From assembly GCA_043821645.1 (NCBI GenBank), contig JBDRCO010000118.1:96001-160000 (forward strand): a stretch of DNA of 64,000 nucleotides, given 5' to 3'. This stretch comes from Pseudomonadota bacterium (GTDB taxonomy: Bacteria; Myxococcota; JACRCW01; JAFGSX01). Of this stretch, positions 59,100 through 64,000 are shown one piece after another; position 1 is the first letter of the stretch; every line of letters starts with the position of its first letter. Below the pieces are notes generated by a model. The model worked only from the letters and a program-made list of their open reading frames with translations. It made no database searches and was not told the DNA's origin. The translations under genes and the position numbers were made by a program.

Positions 59100-59759
59100 T
59101 CAACCCTGCTCGGGGCTCGCCGTCACCGGGGCGCTGCGAAGCTCCGCGGCCTGCTTGAAGGGGACAAAGGAGCGAAAGATCACCGCCAGGGCGCCACACA
59201 CGATGGCACTGTCGGCGACGTTGAAGGTGGGCCAGGGCGGCAGCGACGGGAAGAAGCGTTCCAGGCGCCAGCTCACGAAGTCGATCACGTAGCCGTGCCA
59301 CATGCGGTCGATGGCATTGCCGATGGCGCCGGCGAGAATGAAAGACAGCGCCAGGATGGTCACCGGATCCGGCTCCTTGAGTCGCCACAGCCAGCCCACG
59401 ATGAGCACCATGGCCAGGGCTCCGACGCCCAGCAGCAGCGGCTTGCGCCAGCTCTCGTCGAGGCTTCGGGTCAGCGAAAAGGCTGCGGCGCGGTTCTCGG
59501 CGTACTGGAAGTGAAACAGGCCCTGCAGCAGCACGATATCGCGCGCGGGCCAGTAGGCCCACTCGTTGAGCACACTGCCCGAGGCTGCGGCCGAAGGAGG
59601 GGCCGGCCTGGCCAGGGCGTCGCGGGCCCACAGCTTGCTCGACTGGTCCAGACCCAGCACCACCACCAGCACCGCGGCAAGGATGGCGAAGCGAAAGCGC
59701 CACCAGGGGCTGCTCGACAGGTCGTTGGCGACGGACACGGGCAGGCGATCGGTGCTCAT
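59100..59759 (-). CDS. lspA: Lipoprotein signal peptidase II (copy 2)
   Basis: LDQSSK, ENRAAAFS, GAIGNAIDR, VIDF and FNVAD. Confidence 0.93.
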   Translation of the reverse strand: MSTDRLPVSVANDLSSSPWWRFRFAILAAVLVVVLGLDQSSKLWARDALARPAPPSAAASGSVLNEWAYWPARDIVLLQGLFHFQYAENRAAAFSLTRSLDESWRKPLLLGVGALAMVLIVGWLWRLKEPDPVTILALSFILAGAIGNAIDRMWHGYVIDFVSWRLERFFPSLPPWPTFNVADSAIVCGALAVIFRSFVPFKQAAELRSAPVTASPEQG

Positions 59760-60465
59760 GAGGACACAACCTCGCTGTTGGCAGTCGGATCGACCTCACC
59801 ACTCTCCGCCGGGCCAGCGGCTGCCGGGGCCTGCAGCGCTCGCTCGAAGGGGAAGAAAGAACGGAAGATGATGCAGGCCGCGCCACCGACGATGGAGGTG
59901 TCGGCGACATTGAAGGTGGGCCATGGCGGCAGCGACGGAAGGTAGCGGGTCAGCCGCCAGTCGATGAAGTCGATGACATAGCCGTGCCATTGTCGGTCGA
60001 CCAGGTTTCCCGCGGCGCCGCCGAGGACCATGGCGAAGCCCAGGATGAGGATGGGGTCGGGCTCCTTGAGCCGCCAGGTCCAGCCCAGCAGCAGGGCGAT
60101 GGCGAGGTAGGTGACGCCGATGAGCATGGGCCGGCGCCACTCGAGGGGGATCGAGCGCGTCAAGCTGAAGGCCGCTGCAGAATTCTCGACGTAGCGCAGG
60201 TGAAAGATGCCCCGGATCAGCACCAGCTCCTTGACCGGCCGGTAGTGCACAAAGCCCTGCTCGTCGACGGGAAGAGGCCGCGCCAGGTTGTCCCGGATGC
60301 CCAGCTTGGTGACCTGGTCCAGGCCCAGGGCGAGCACCAGGTAGGCGGCCACGAAGGCCAGCCGGTAGCGGTGCAGCCACAGCGTCCACGCTGGACGCAT
60401 GGCGAAGGGGAGCTGGGTCGGCGCACTGTGGATGTCCGCCGTCACCGGAATGTTCTCGTCGGTGC

Positions 60466-60469
<4 letters not shown>
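59756..60469 (-). CDS. lspA: Lipoprotein signal peptidase II (copy 1)
   Basis: [27 protein letters not shown] and FNVAD; overlaps the secA stop and the next lspA start. Confidence 0.93.
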
Positions 60470-63405
<2,936 letters not shown>

Positions 63406-63778
63406 GATTTTTGCTCCGTGACCCCGGGGCCGGATGGCCCCCACTGCCGCCAGGATTGGCTCCTGTCGACATCACCCCGGCCGCACAGATCTGCCATCTG
63501 ATAAGGCAGGTCTTCAACCTGAGGGGCGCGGGTTTTGTTCCCGCATCCGGCCCGGGCGACACCGCAGCGCCGCCCATTAAAAATGCTCGGGGAAGGTAGG
63601 CGCCGCGTCCTGGGGTGTCAAGCCAGCCCGGCGCAGGCCAATTCTCACCTTCAAGCGCAGATGGGTGAAGCACCGGGTGTCGCAGCTTGTCATACCCTGG
63701 ACCCGTCCCTACCTTGCGTGCAGCGACTCCCCGGACCAGCCTGCGTTCACGGACGGTTACCGGGGTATGGAGGTGGCC

Positions 63779-64000
63779 ATGTTTGGACTGTTCGATCCCC
63801 TGTACTTGATGCTGCTGGCGCCGGCGCTGGTGCTGTCGGTGCTGGCCTCGATCTGGGTCAAGAGTTCCTTCAGCAAGTGGAGCAAGCGCGGCCTGTCGTC
63901 GCAGATCTCGGGCGCCCAGGCCGCCCGCGCCATCCTCGATGCGAGTGGACTGTCCAACGTGCGCATCGAGCGCGTCAGCGGCTGGCTCAGCGACCACTAC
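63779..64000 (+). CDS. Membrane zinc metallopeptidase (YugP-like), N-terminal part, truncated by the window end
   Basis: MFGLFDPLY...WVKSSFSKWS...SGAQAARAIL..SGL.NV.IE...G.LSDHY; GGAGG RBS; not in the ORF track because it has no stop. Confidence 0.8.
   Translation, partial: MFGLFDPLYLMLLAPALVLSVLASIWVKSSFSKWSKRGLSSQISGAQAARAILDASGLSNVRIERVSGWLSDHY

Overview
This is a high-GC chromosomal window spanning the replication origin of what is probably a Myxococcota/deltaproteobacterial genome. The assignment rests on a MYXO-CTERM-like tail, a bactofilin gene next to parB, tandem lspA genes and Cys-rich lipoproteins. From left to right: (1) moeA, a Moco riboswitch, moaA and moaC. (2) A ~3,900-aa cadherin/Ig-repeat surface protein whose sorting tail is out of frame at a G6 run, plus a co-oriented lipoprotein. 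(3) A four-gene cluster in which two proteins lacking signal peptides share a ~105-aa EF-hand-like N-terminal module fused to different enzymes: a caspase-like His/Cys domain, and a peptidoglycan-binding domain plus MepA-like peptidase. They flank a small lipoprotein and a Cys-rich L,D-transpeptidase lipoprotein. This is the best candidate for an undescribed system. (4) An O-antigen-ligase/TPR gene, a parvulin PPIase, c-di-GMP-related genes (MshEN, tandem PilZ, degenerate HD-GYP with a HEAT partner), rlmB and pyrF. (5) rnpA-rpmH, then dnaA-oriC-dnaN with DnaA boxes and DnaA-trios. (6) Bactofilin, a stand-alone Fis-like HTH, parB-parA-rsmG (with parS) and dtd. (7) A cobalamin-riboswitch operon: btuB, three surface lipoproteins and btuFCD. 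(8) A Ser/Thr kinase, mnmE, mnmG, two lspA genes, secA and a partial Zn peptidase. No tRNA, rRNA, CRISPR array or transposase was seen. All calls come from reading motifs by eye; no database searches were run.
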